Of a stretch of DNA of 64,000 nt, positions 37,719-46,900 are shown piece after piece (positions within the stretch are counted from its first letter, which is position 1; the number at the start of each line of letters is the position of its first letter). The stretch is taken from assembly GCA_964602685.1 (NCBI GenBank), contig CAZRSQ010000002.1, forward strand, positions 4,217-68,216. The letters run 5' to 3'. Source of the stretch: an uncultured Kofleriaceae bacterium. GTDB lineage: Bacteria > Myxococcota_A > Polyangia > Haliangiales > Haliangiaceae. Position numbers and translations under genes: made by a program. The notes beneath the pieces were generated by a model. It did not search any database. It saw nothing but the letters and a program-made list of their open reading frames with translations, and had not been told where the DNA came from.

Positions 37719-38210
37719 GTGCAAGTAGAGACGACGCAGACGCCGGAGGAGCTCGTGCGTGAGATCCACGCGGCGTTCGATGATGTGCCCATGCCGTCGC
37801 GCATCGACGACATGCTCATGCCGGCGTACCGGGGCGATGACGAGGCCGTGGAGCTGGCCGCGGAGTTCGTGGGCAAGCCGTGGCAGGAGATCCCGGTGCA
37901 GCGGCTCATGTTCCACCGCGAGTTCCTCGCGTGCATGAGCGCGGCTGGGTACCGAGCGGTCTTACCCGCCTACCTCGTGGCCAGCGTCATCGAAAGCCCG
38001 GAGGCCAAGGAGTACCGCGGCGACATACTCGGCTACATGCTCACGACCCTGAAGGCGTGGCCGTATCAGAGCGAGGCAACCCGCGCAGTGACACCCGAGC
38101 GGTTGTCGGGCCTCGACCCCGCGCAACGATCGGCCGTGGCCAAGGTCCTCCGCTATCTGGTCGAGCTCTGGGGCTCGGAGAAGGCCGCGGCGATCCTGAG
38201 CGACTGGTGA
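37719..38210 (+). CDS. Small hypothetical protein (immunity-like)
   Basis: In-frame GTG at 37719 gives VQVETTQTPEELVREIHAAFDDVPMP...WQEIPVQRLMFHREFLACMSAAGYRAVLPAYLVASV. The start is uncertain. Confidence 0.55.
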   Translation: MQVETTQTPEELVREIHAAFDDVPMPSRIDDMLMPAYRGDDEAVELAAEFVGKPWQEIPVQRLMFHREFLACMSAAGYRAVLPAYLVASVIESPEAKEYRGDILGYMLTTLKAWPYQSEATRAVTPERLSGLDPAQRSAVAKVLRYLVELWGSEKAAAILSDW

Positions 38211-38267
38211 GTCGACACGCCGGCCCGCGTTTCTGTAGCCTTGCCTCTGACGGCGCCGGAGCGCACG

Positions 38268-38600
38268 TCACTCGGCGAAGAACAGCTTGAGCAGCTTCAG
38301 CGCGCGCTTGCGCGCCGCGGGCGGCTGCGCCGTCAACAGCGCGACGACGGCGGTGATCTCGTCGGCTCGGGCCGGCTTCTCCGTATCGAAGAGCGCGCCC
38401 GCCGAAACGCCGAGACCGGCGGCGACGCGCTGCACGATACCGAGCGACGGATTGACGTGACCATTTTCCATCCGGCTGAGGTATTTGGGCGACAGGTCCG
38501 CCCGCCGACCTAGCTCTTCCTGCGTGATGTCACCGGCGATTCGCAGCTCGCGGAGGCGCCTGCCGAACGCGCGGGTCGCGGGGTCTTGCCGGTTGGTCAC
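38268..38600 (-). CDS. XRE-family HTH transcriptional regulator
   Basis: FGRRLRELRIAGDITQEELGRRADLSPKYLSRMENGHVNPSLGIVQRVAAGLGV is a classic Cro/C1 HTH. I prefer GTG 38600 as the start. The track start at 38654 is also GTG and would leave only 44 bp to the divergent gene. Confidence 0.75.
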   Translation of the reverse strand: MTNRQDPATRAFGRRLRELRIAGDITQEELGRRADLSPKYLSRMENGHVNPSLGIVQRVAAGLGVSAGALFDTEKPARADEITAVVALLTAQPPAARKRALKLLKLFFAE

Positions 38601-38698
38601 GAGCGCACTATCGAGAGACGCAACGCATCCACGCCATCCCCGATTTGTTACCACGCTGGTTCTCGATCTGGTAATGTGCTCGCGGGAGGAAGAGACCG

Positions 38699-39289
38699 AT
38701 GCACACGACTCACCTCATCGAGCAGCTTCGCTGGTACCTCGGCCGCGACGACGTGGAGGTCGACGCGCGCAGCGTCCGCTGGCGCCAGCCGCTCGCGCTG
38801 ATCGGCGGCGACCACGAGGACCTCGACGGCTTCGCCGACCGCCTCGCCGCCGAGCGGCCGGTGCTCGATCTGAACGAGCGAACCCCGTCGCTTCACGATG
38901 TGCGGCGTCTGTTCACCGAGCACCCCGAGACGATCGTCTTGGCCCGCCGTCCGGAGCGCGTGATCGAGGCGCTCGGGCTGGTCGTGCAGCCCTGGTACAT
39001 GGCGGTGTCACCGCTGTCGGCGCGGCCGCACGACGCGCTGCGGTTGCTCCGCGAGGCGATCGTGCACCTCGGCGTCCGCGTCCCCCTGGAGGCGCTCGGG
39101 TCGGACGCGATGTCCGGGCTGGCGGCGTACCACTGGCCGCGCGGGCTGCGCGAGATCCGCGAGGCGTCTCGCCGCTTCGCGGCCTATCTGGACAGCGGCG
39201 GCAACCTCGGCATCAGCGCGCGTTCGCTCGACGTGAGCCGCCAGGCCCTAAGCAAGTATCTCAGCCGGCGGGTCGCCGCCGCGATCTGA
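38699..39289 (+). CDS. Hypothetical protein with C-terminal Fis-type HTH
   Basis: ATG is preceded by GGGAGGA. The C-terminus, GNLGISARSLDVSRQALSKYLSR, resembles the DNA-binding tail of NtrC/Fis-type regulators. The N-terminal part is unassigned. Confidence 0.55.
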   Translation: MHTTHLIEQLRWYLGRDDVEVDARSVRWRQPLALIGGDHEDLDGFADRLAAERPVLDLNERTPSLHDVRRLFTEHPETIVLARRPERVIEALGLVVQPWYMAVSPLSARPHDALRLLREAIVHLGVRVPLEALGSDAMSGLAAYHWPRGLREIREASRRFAAYLDSGGNLGISARSLDVSRQALSKYLSRRVAAAI

Positions 39290-39335
39290 CCGACGGTGCG
39301 TCGCCTGCCGCTCTGAGCACCGACGCGTCCACCCG

Positions 39336-41369
39336 CTAGCCGAGAACCTTCTGCGCAGCGATCTTGGGATCGCCGTAGAAGATTGGGTCGACGTGTTCCA
39401 TGACGTCGGCGGCGACGTCGAGGAAGTTGCGCTTGTTCTCGATGGGGATGAGGCAGCGCTTGGCGCCGTTGTCCATGGCGACGCGGAGCGGTTCGTTGAG
39501 GGAGCGGGCGGCCTTGATGTTGCCCTGGACGCTCATGTCTCCGAGGATCAGCAGCGCCGGGGCGACGGAGGTGCGGCGGATGGCGGAGCAAGCCGCCACG
39601 AAGAGCGCGACGCCGATCTCGGCCTCGACGCGGTTGCCGAGGAGGTCGATGGCCTCGACGACGAGGTCGTTGCGGTCGAGCTCCGGGGCGAACCCGAGCT
39701 CGACCTTCTTCGAGGTCAGGTAGGTGAAGGCCCGCTGGGCCGACTCCTTCATCGCGCCGGAGACGCCGCCGGCAGTCTTGAGCTTGCCGGAGCCCGACGC
39801 GACCGTGACCTCGACGCGATAGAGGCCCACGGTGCCGTCATCGGTGACCCCGGCGGTGAAGACGGTGCCAGGCCCGGGCGGGTCCGGGGGAATGAGGTTG
39901 CGGCCACCCTGCTCGGGGACGCCGACGAAGCGCTCCTCGCCGGTCTCGCGGACGACGTAGCTGAAGGAGGTCTGGTGGTACTCGAAGGAGCCGAGCTTCT
40001 TGAGCTGCTCCTTGACGCGGCGGCGGCCCTCGAGCGCGAGCTCGAGGAGCTGGACCATGTCCTCCTGGCTGGCTTCGCCGTGCGGATGCACGATCTTCAT
40101 CAGGCCAGAGAAGGTCTTCTGGACGGCCTTGCGGTCGCGCTGGACGAGGTGGCTGCCGAACCCGAACTCGCGATCGGCGAGCTCGGTGAAGCTGGACTTG
40201 CGGAGCTCGCGCAGCGCCTCGGCGAGGTAGTCCACGACGAAGCCGTAGTGGTCGGTGAACAGGCTGGGCGCCATCTTGGGCACCTCCCAGCCGGGGAGGT
40301 AGAAGTGGAGGCGGTCCAGGAAGGCGAGTGAGCGGACGTTGTCGGGGAGCGGCTCGAAGAGGTGGCTGGTCTGGACCATCACGTCGACGGGACGGTTGGT
40401 GTTGCCGAACAGCGCCAGGCCGGCCTCGCCGGTGGTGGCCTCGGACCCGCGCTGGAACTGCCCCGACTCGCAGTAGGTCTGGAGCATCGGGACGAGCTCC
40501 TTGGGCATGTTGCGCAGCTCGGCGACCTCGTCGAAGGCGACGACGTCCCAGGTCTGGAGGAGCCCCTTCTGGCGGCCGGTCATGTGGCCGAACAGGCTCG
40601 CCACCGTCGGCGACCCGGTCAGGAGCGCGCTGTAGGGTGAGATCTCCTGCACGACGTAGCTCTTGCCGGTGCCGCGTGGCCCCAGCTCGACGAGGTTGTA
40701 GTTGCGCTCGACGAGGGGAATCAGCCGGACGAGCAGGAGGAGCTTGAGGCGCTTCTCCATCGCCGAGGGCTCGTAGCCCATGCTGCGCAGGATGAGGTCG
40801 ATCCACTCGTCGGTCGTGAACTCGCGGCGGGCGCGGCGGTACTCCTCGAGGTCGAAGTTGGCGACCTGGATCGGCGTCATCCGCTCGATCCAGAACGGGT
40901 GCTTGCCCTTGGTCTCCTCGTCGTACTCGAAGCGCATGTCCACCTGCGCCCAGATGCCGCCCATGAGCAGGCGCTCGTAGTCGCGCATGTAGTGCTCGGG
41001 GACGTGGACGAACTTGTGGCCGAAGTTCACCACCTCGGCCCAGTAGTCCGAGTCGACGACGCGGACCTTCACCTTGTCGATGAAGGTATGGCGGCCCTGT
41101 TGCTTCACCCGGCTCTGGGCCTTCATGGCCTCGTCGGCGCGGATGTAGTTGTTCGCGAGGGTGTCCTGGACGACCTGGAGCCCCATCTGGATCGCGACCT
41201 CGTCGGCGGAGGCGGCGTACTTGCCGAGCAGGTACTCCAGGACGAAGACGGGGACGTTCGCGCCGATCTTGACCTTGCGAACGAGATCCTTGCGGACCAC
41301 CTTGCCGGCGAAGACGCGGTTGACCTTGTCGTCGAGGGCGTCGCGGGTGGGGGAGGATCCGTTGCTCAT
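39336..41369 (-). CDS. brxL: BREX type 1 BrxL (AAA+/Lon-like, Lon catalytic residues absent)
   Basis: The 677-aa product has a typical BrxL N-terminus (VPVFVLEYLLGKY), Walker A GPRGTGKSYV and FLDRLHFYLPGWEVPK. The C-terminal Lon-like domain has no DGPSAG motif. It is the last gene of the BREX operon, 2 nt after pglZ. Confidence 0.9.
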   Translation of the reverse strand: MSNGSSPTRDALDDKVNRVFAGKVVRKDLVRKVKIGANVPVFVLEYLLGKYAASADEVAIQMGLQVVQDTLANNYIRADEAMKAQSRVKQQGRHTFIDKVKVRVVDSDYWAEVVNFGHKFVHVPEHYMRDYERLLMGGIWAQVDMRFEYDEETKGKHPFWIERMTPIQVANFDLEEYRRARREFTTDEWIDLILRSMGYEPSAMEKRLKLLLLVRLIPLVERNYNLVELGPRGTGKSYVVQEISPYSALLTGSPTVASLFGHMTGRQKGLLQTWDVVAFDEVAELRNMPKELVPMLQTYCESGQFQRGSEATTGEAGLALFGNTNRPVDVMVQTSHLFEPLPDNVRSLAFLDRLHFYLPGWEVPKMAPSLFTDHYGFVVDYLAEALRELRKSSFTELADREFGFGSHLVQRDRKAVQKTFSGLMKIVHPHGEASQEDMVQLLELALEGRRRVKEQLKKLGSFEYHQTSFSYVVRETGEERFVGVPEQGGRNLIPPDPPGPGTVFTAGVTDDGTVGLYRVEVTVASGSGKLKTAGGVSGAMKESAQRAFTYLTSKKVELGFAPELDRNDLVVEAIDLLGNRVEAEIGVALFVAACSAIRRTSVAPALLILGDMSVQGNIKAARSLNEPLRVAMDNGAKRCLIPIENKRNFLDVAADVMEHVDPIFYGDPKIAAQKVLG

Positions 41370-41371
41370 GG

Positions 41372-43924
41372 TCAGACTCCGAGGCGCACGGGAATGTCGG
41401 TCGGCGAACGATACAGCTCGGCGTCCGTGGTGGGATCCTGCACCACGATCCGCAGCGATTTGACGGTGTCGTCGCTGAGCACGAACGCGACGGTCACGGG
41501 CTTGTTCGGCTCCAGGGCCACGCAGCCGGTGGTGCGGTCGAGCTCGGCGCCGATGGCGAGTCCCGCGGCTCCCACCTGCTTCCCGCCGGACATGAGCAGC
41601 GGGCGCACGAGCATGCCGGTGGCGCCCATCGTGAGCTGGTTACCACCGAGGACGAGCGTCGCGCTCGTCGAGCGCGTCGCGACGACGTCCGGGAGCGTGG
41701 TCGCGGTCACCGCGCTGCTCGTGGGACGCGGCGCGGCGCTGCCCTTCGTTCGCACGGTGACCACCGGGATGACGAGCTCCTGGAGCGACGGGCCACCGTG
41801 ATGGAACGCCAGGTCGCCGCCCGCCTTGATCACGCCGCCGCCGCTGGGGAAGACGAACTCGAGGTCCGAGTCGTAGCCGAGCGCCGCGGCGGTCACGCGG
41901 ACGCAGCCAGGCGGCGTGTCGCCGCCGCGCCCGATCCAGCACCGCCGGTGCAGGTCGACCGTCTTGCCCTTGGGGGCGTCGGTACGCATCGACTCGTCGC
42001 GGTCCGAGGCGTAGAAGAGGTGGCCGTGGTCCGCGGTGAGGACCGCGTGCTCGACCCCGGCGGTCGCGAGCTTGCGCAGGGCGCGGGCGAGGTTGTCGAT
42101 CACCGAGTCCATCACCTGCCGCGCCTGGAACGTGAACCCGTTCTCACCGGCGTGGTCGATCTCCTGCGAGCGCACGACGATGACCTGCGCCCCGTCGAGC
42201 TTCTTGTGGAGCTTCGAGGGCTGGAGGCTGAGCAGCTCGTCGAGCGTGAGGTCGACGAGCTTGGGCACCCGCGACGCCGCGAGCTTCTTGCGGGCCGCGA
42301 GGTCGGGCAAGAAGACGCCGTCGATGCGCGCACCGAGCCTGCCGCCCTCCTCCCCGACCGCGAAGCTCGCGCTGGCACCGGGCATCAGCGCGGCCATGCC
42401 GATCGGCGTGATGCTGGGCAGGGCGGCGACCGCTGCTCGAACCGAGACTTCGCTGGTCTTGGGCAACCGTTCGGCGAGCTCGACGCCCATCTCGAAGCGC
42501 ATGGCATCGACGAGGAAGTAGGCCACGGGCTTGGGCCGGTTCGAGACGACCTCGCTGAAGATGCGGGTCTGATGGAGCGCCCCCGCGGCGGTCCACCCGG
42601 CCTTGGCCAGGGCCTTCGTGAACCCTTCGGCCATCGCATGGCAGGCGTCCTCGTACGCACGCCGCACCAGGCTCAGGGGGCGCTCGTCGACTTCGTCCTC
42701 GAGGTTGGCGACCCACGCCTCGAGCCTGCGCTGCGCCTGATCGAGCCGGTACCACCCGTCCTTGCCGACGTAGGCGTCCAGCCACGCAGCGGCATCGCCC
42801 GCCATCCGTCCGACGGCGGCGCGGATCTGGACCGCGACCTCGCCCAGCTCGGCCATCCGTCGGGTCGCTTCCCAGTGCGCCTTGCGCCCGACATCGCGAT
42901 CCAGCCAGAAGCTCTGCTCACGTGCCGTGACCAGCCCGAGCGCCTCGGCGTACTTCGCGCTCGCGATGAGCGCGCCCGCGTGGCTGAGGAGCGTCCGCTC
43001 CTCGAAGCGAAACGTGTCGATGGCGCCGAGCGCGCCGGGCGGCAGCTTCGCGTCCTTGAGGCCCAGCTCGGCCTCGACGCGGTCCGCGAGCGCCGCGTAC
43101 GCGTCCGCATACTCGGTACGCAGGCGTCGGGCGAGATCGCGCACCGCCGCTTCCTCGTCACGCGTCGACGGCTTCGCGACGCTGTCCAGGGATGCGGGTG
43201 CGTCGCACGACAGATCGAGCCGGAACTCTCCGCCCAGCACGTACCGCAGGGTGACCGCGCGCAGCTTCGTCAGCGCCCCGACTGGCTGCAGATCGAGTCC
43301 GAGGCGCGCGCGCACGAGCTTCACCAGCTCGCTCGTCGCCTCCTTCGTGACGATCTCCGCGTCGCGCGTGTCGCTCGCCAGCCACGCCGCGAGGAGTGCA
43401 TCGTTGCCGCTCTTGTCGTGAAAGATGCTCTTGAGGATCGACGGCGGTTCGCTCCCGCCACCACCGGCCGCCGCCCGCGCCAGGTCCTCGTACGACGCCT
43501 TGCGGTCGTACGGGAGCATCTCGTCGACGACGCCGAGCGTGTACTTCTGGAGGAGCACGTTCTTGGCGAGCTGCTTGAGCTGCGGCTCCCAGGTCGTACC
43601 GGCCGTCTCGAGCTCCATCAGGACAGATCCGCGCCGGTCGCGCGTGCGGCCGGGCATGTACAGGACGGTGGCGGACGGCGTGTCGCCGTTCACAAGCGGT
43701 TCGACGACCGCGCGCAGCTCGAACATCGAGCCGGCGAGCTCGACCAGGCGCGCGCTCGTGCCACCGACGGCGATCGAGACGGGCTCGCTGGACGTACGCC
43801 CACCGCCGCGCACCTCGTCGACGAACGGCTGGAACTCGGCGCGTTCGTCGTACCAGACGACGACCCGACGGGACTTGATCTTGTCGGCGAGCTGCTTCGC
43901 CACGTACTCGTGAAGCGGGTGCAT
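41372..43924 (-). CDS. pglZ: BREX PglZ alkaline-phosphatase-superfamily protein
   Basis: The N-terminus MHPLHEYVAKQLADKIKSRRVVVWYDERAEF and a central PglZ domain (YFLVDAMRFEMG, TADHGHLF) support the call. ATG 43924 shares one nucleotide with the pglX stop (TGATG). The track start at 43927 is TTG. Confidence 0.9.
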   Translation of the reverse strand: MHPLHEYVAKQLADKIKSRRVVVWYDERAEFQPFVDEVRGGGRTSSEPVSIAVGGTSARLVELAGSMFELRAVVEPLVNGDTPSATVLYMPGRTRDRRGSVLMELETAGTTWEPQLKQLAKNVLLQKYTLGVVDEMLPYDRKASYEDLARAAAGGGGSEPPSILKSIFHDKSGNDALLAAWLASDTRDAEIVTKEATSELVKLVRARLGLDLQPVGALTKLRAVTLRYVLGGEFRLDLSCDAPASLDSVAKPSTRDEEAAVRDLARRLRTEYADAYAALADRVEAELGLKDAKLPPGALGAIDTFRFEERTLLSHAGALIASAKYAEALGLVTAREQSFWLDRDVGRKAHWEATRRMAELGEVAVQIRAAVGRMAGDAAAWLDAYVGKDGWYRLDQAQRRLEAWVANLEDEVDERPLSLVRRAYEDACHAMAEGFTKALAKAGWTAAGALHQTRIFSEVVSNRPKPVAYFLVDAMRFEMGVELAERLPKTSEVSVRAAVAALPSITPIGMAALMPGASASFAVGEEGGRLGARIDGVFLPDLAARKKLAASRVPKLVDLTLDELLSLQPSKLHKKLDGAQVIVVRSQEIDHAGENGFTFQARQVMDSVIDNLARALRKLATAGVEHAVLTADHGHLFYASDRDESMRTDAPKGKTVDLHRRCWIGRGGDTPPGCVRVTAAALGYDSDLEFVFPSGGGVIKAGGDLAFHHGGPSLQELVIPVVTVRTKGSAAPRPTSSAVTATTLPDVVATRSTSATLVLGGNQLTMGATGMLVRPLLMSGGKQVGAAGLAIGAELDRTTGCVALEPNKPVTVAFVLSDDTVKSLRIVVQDPTTDAELYRSPTDIPVRLGV

Positions 43925-46900
43925 CAACGTTCGCCTCTCTCTGCACTAGTAGCGGCGTTACGACGGCCTCCTCCTCCGCGCCCGCTGCTGCCGGAGGCCC
44001 CAGGTGCTTCCAGCAGGCTGCTTAGGGCTGACTTCACTGCGGGCGAGGTACGCTCTCGCACTAGCTCTTCGATGCTGCGGGTGGGCGTCTTACGTGCCGT
44101 CCACTTGCCATCGGTGCCCTCGACCCAGAACACGTCCTCGAGGTCGTGCGCAATAGCGAGACTACGATCCGTGGCGCATTTCGGGACGACTCGCTCAGGC
44201 CAGAGGTGCATCGCGACATGGGCCCAGTCGTACGTCCCCTCAGCGAGGATGTCCCAGGTGGCCTTCAGCTCCTTCTGCCAGGGCTTGCAGTGCGGGACTA
44301 GTCGCCAAAGCGGCGCGAAGCTAAGGACGACGCCGTCTTCGAGGTTCGGGTTCCAGAGCGGAGCGACTCGCTTCACTTCTTCCAGGAACGCGCGCAGCTC
44401 CTCGACTAGGTTCTCCTGCACGGCCAAGTCCTTGCGTTGTGCGGCCGTTGCCTTCTCGCGCGCCTCACTCATCATCGAGGCAAGGCGCCGCTCTTCGTGT
44501 GCAAGCTTGCCTCGCTCGCCGCCAACGTAGTCGTTCTGGACGCGGAAGAGCGTATCCTTGCTGAACGAGTGGATGTAAAGCCAAACAGAGTAGCTCGCCG
44601 ACGGCGTAGCGAGTTGCCAGTAAATCGGTGCCTTGCGGCGACTCTTGCTGTACATCCGAATGTGTAGCGGGAAGAACTCCTTGGCGAGCCACGTGCGCAG
44701 GTCGTCACGCACCGGCGCTTGAACACGCTCGGCAAGCCTCAGAACACGCGTCGCGAGGTCATCCGGGTGCCCATCGTCCGTGACGAGAAGCTCCGGTGCG
44801 AGCGGTTGCTCCGCGCGCGGGAACATGGCCGGCGAGCGATCAGAGAGCGGCTCAAATGGGTCGTCCCCCGAGCACGGCACACGTTCTCCCGTTGCGACGC
44901 GTGTGTCGAAGCGCGCAAAGCACGCACCGACAAGCCACGAAACAAGGGCGACATTATCGGCGAGGCCTGCCCCCTCCTCGTCTAGCTCATCCTCCATGTC
45001 ACCGATAGGTGCCGATTCATGGTCTGACCGCACGGCTGGAGACGTTTCAGCGAACGCGGCCTCAATGATGGTCCGGTCTTCGCTGCTGATCGCGTATAGC
45101 TCAAAAAGCATGTCTTCGATTCTCGCCCGAAGCGCCACGCATTCCGTCTCCCGTTCACTGTCTGTCGCAGAAGGGTGCACAAACGCATGCGAGGTTTCGT
45201 TGTTGCGGTCCGAGTCGCGTCTAGCCGACCACACCTGCCTGGTGATAGCTGCAAGCGAACTGCTGTGGCTGCGAAGGTTCGGCGGGATCGGCGTGCGCTG
45301 CAGGACGCCAACTTCATATGAGCGCGCGGCTCCGCCGCGCTTAGAGTCCGCGGCGGCCAACTGCACCTCAACGAGATACCTGAAGACCTTGCTTGTAGTC
45401 GTGGCGAGCAGAGCCAGCAAGTACTCCGGCGCGTCCGCTGCCACAAACAGAGCAGGCCCCTTGTCGCCAAAAATGCACCCTCCTGGAAGCACTCGGAACG
45501 AGAGGGGGCTCTTCGTTCGGCGCGGCCAAGTCAGGCCCGGTCGAAAATACAGATGAGGATTGTGCAGCTCCGCCTTCCAGTGTGGGCTCCACCCCTTGGC
45601 TGCACGATTCTGCTCAACGTGAGCTTTGATCTCTCGGCCGTCGTTTCGCCATCGAACGTGCAGATGAACGTCGTCATAAAAGGGTGAGAATTTTCCACCT
45701 TTCGCGAACGAGAAGCTTGTCGCAAGGCCTTGAGGCACTTCCCACCATGCACGTACGAAGCGCACGTCATCGTTCGATGAGGCGCCACTAGCCACAATAC
45801 GGTCATCGCCGTGTAGAGCAGGAAAGGCGCGGAACAGACCTCGAATTGAGTCCGTGAGCCAGTACGCGAATGGCGAAAGCGGGATCGAGGAGAATGTCGA
45901 TGGGTCGACTTCGTACGTTGTCGCGCTTGTCGAATGCGACGAGAGCCCCAGGGCCGCGCGCAGTGCCGCGTTCTTATCGTTCGTTTCCTCTAAGGCACGA
46001 ATAATCATGGTGCGGCCGGCCGCGGCGGCCGGGGGACTGCGTTCCAAAACGTATGCGGCAGCTTCAACGAGCGCGGCGTCCATTACCCCAAATCCGAGAT
46101 CGCCAATTACGCGGGGGGGCGCGTCGGCCAACACGATCTCCTCTCTCCACTTCTGAAAACTCGAGAGGAAAAATCCTGTGCGCGACGTGATGGCACCAAG
46201 TCGGCCTCGCGCTGACAGCAGTTCGATTCCGCGCTCCACGAAAGCGGCGTAGACGTCGTTCTTTGTCCGCGGGTAGGCGTTCTCGAAACTCTTCTTCGCA
46301 CGCGCGCTGCCGGCGCCGAACGGCGGATTCATCAGCACTACGTCGAACCTCTTCTCGGCAACACCAAGCAGTGCTACGCCGTGCGCCGCATCGTCGACAA
46401 ACAGGCGGCGGCGCGTGCTTGTGCGCCCGGCAACATCGTCAACGAAGCGTGCGAGCGCTGTGCGAATGCACTCCTCGCGCGTTTGGAAGAGATTCCCCGT
46501 CTCACCACGCTTCGGCGAGCGGGACACAAGCGTCTCCACCCGGAGAAGCAACCCGAGATCACCCGCAAGGTTCAGCGAACCAACCAGACTCATGAACAAC
46601 CGCCCAAGCTCCGCGTCACCCAAGTTCGCGATGAATTCTCTCGCAAGGTTATCGTCGGCGACGAGAGGCTCCGCCACAACGATATTGGAGCGGCGGATCG
46701 GCGTTCTCCCGCCGCGGCCGACCCCGAAATCTCGGTACGCTTTCTGCGCACGCATCCACACGGCGAGCTGAGCAATCTGCGCACATCGAGGGTCGATGTC
46801 TACCCCATAAAGATTGTGCGCAAGGATGAGGCTCGGCACGACAGCTCGAAATTCGTTGGTGTTCGGATAGTCCTCGGCGAGAGTTCGGCCAGTGGTCTCG

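Noticed and set aside
37630-37728. Lys-rich reading frame SSYRETQFSKAKKAQDHCKEVLDYKKDKKLCK-stop between the immunity-like genes. It resembles the composition of the 716-aa secreted protein.
   Set aside because: There is no ATG or GTG start (only a TTG just upstream), the frame is open for about 33-46 codons only, and there is no RBS. It is possibly a relic fragment, and the support is not enough to call it.
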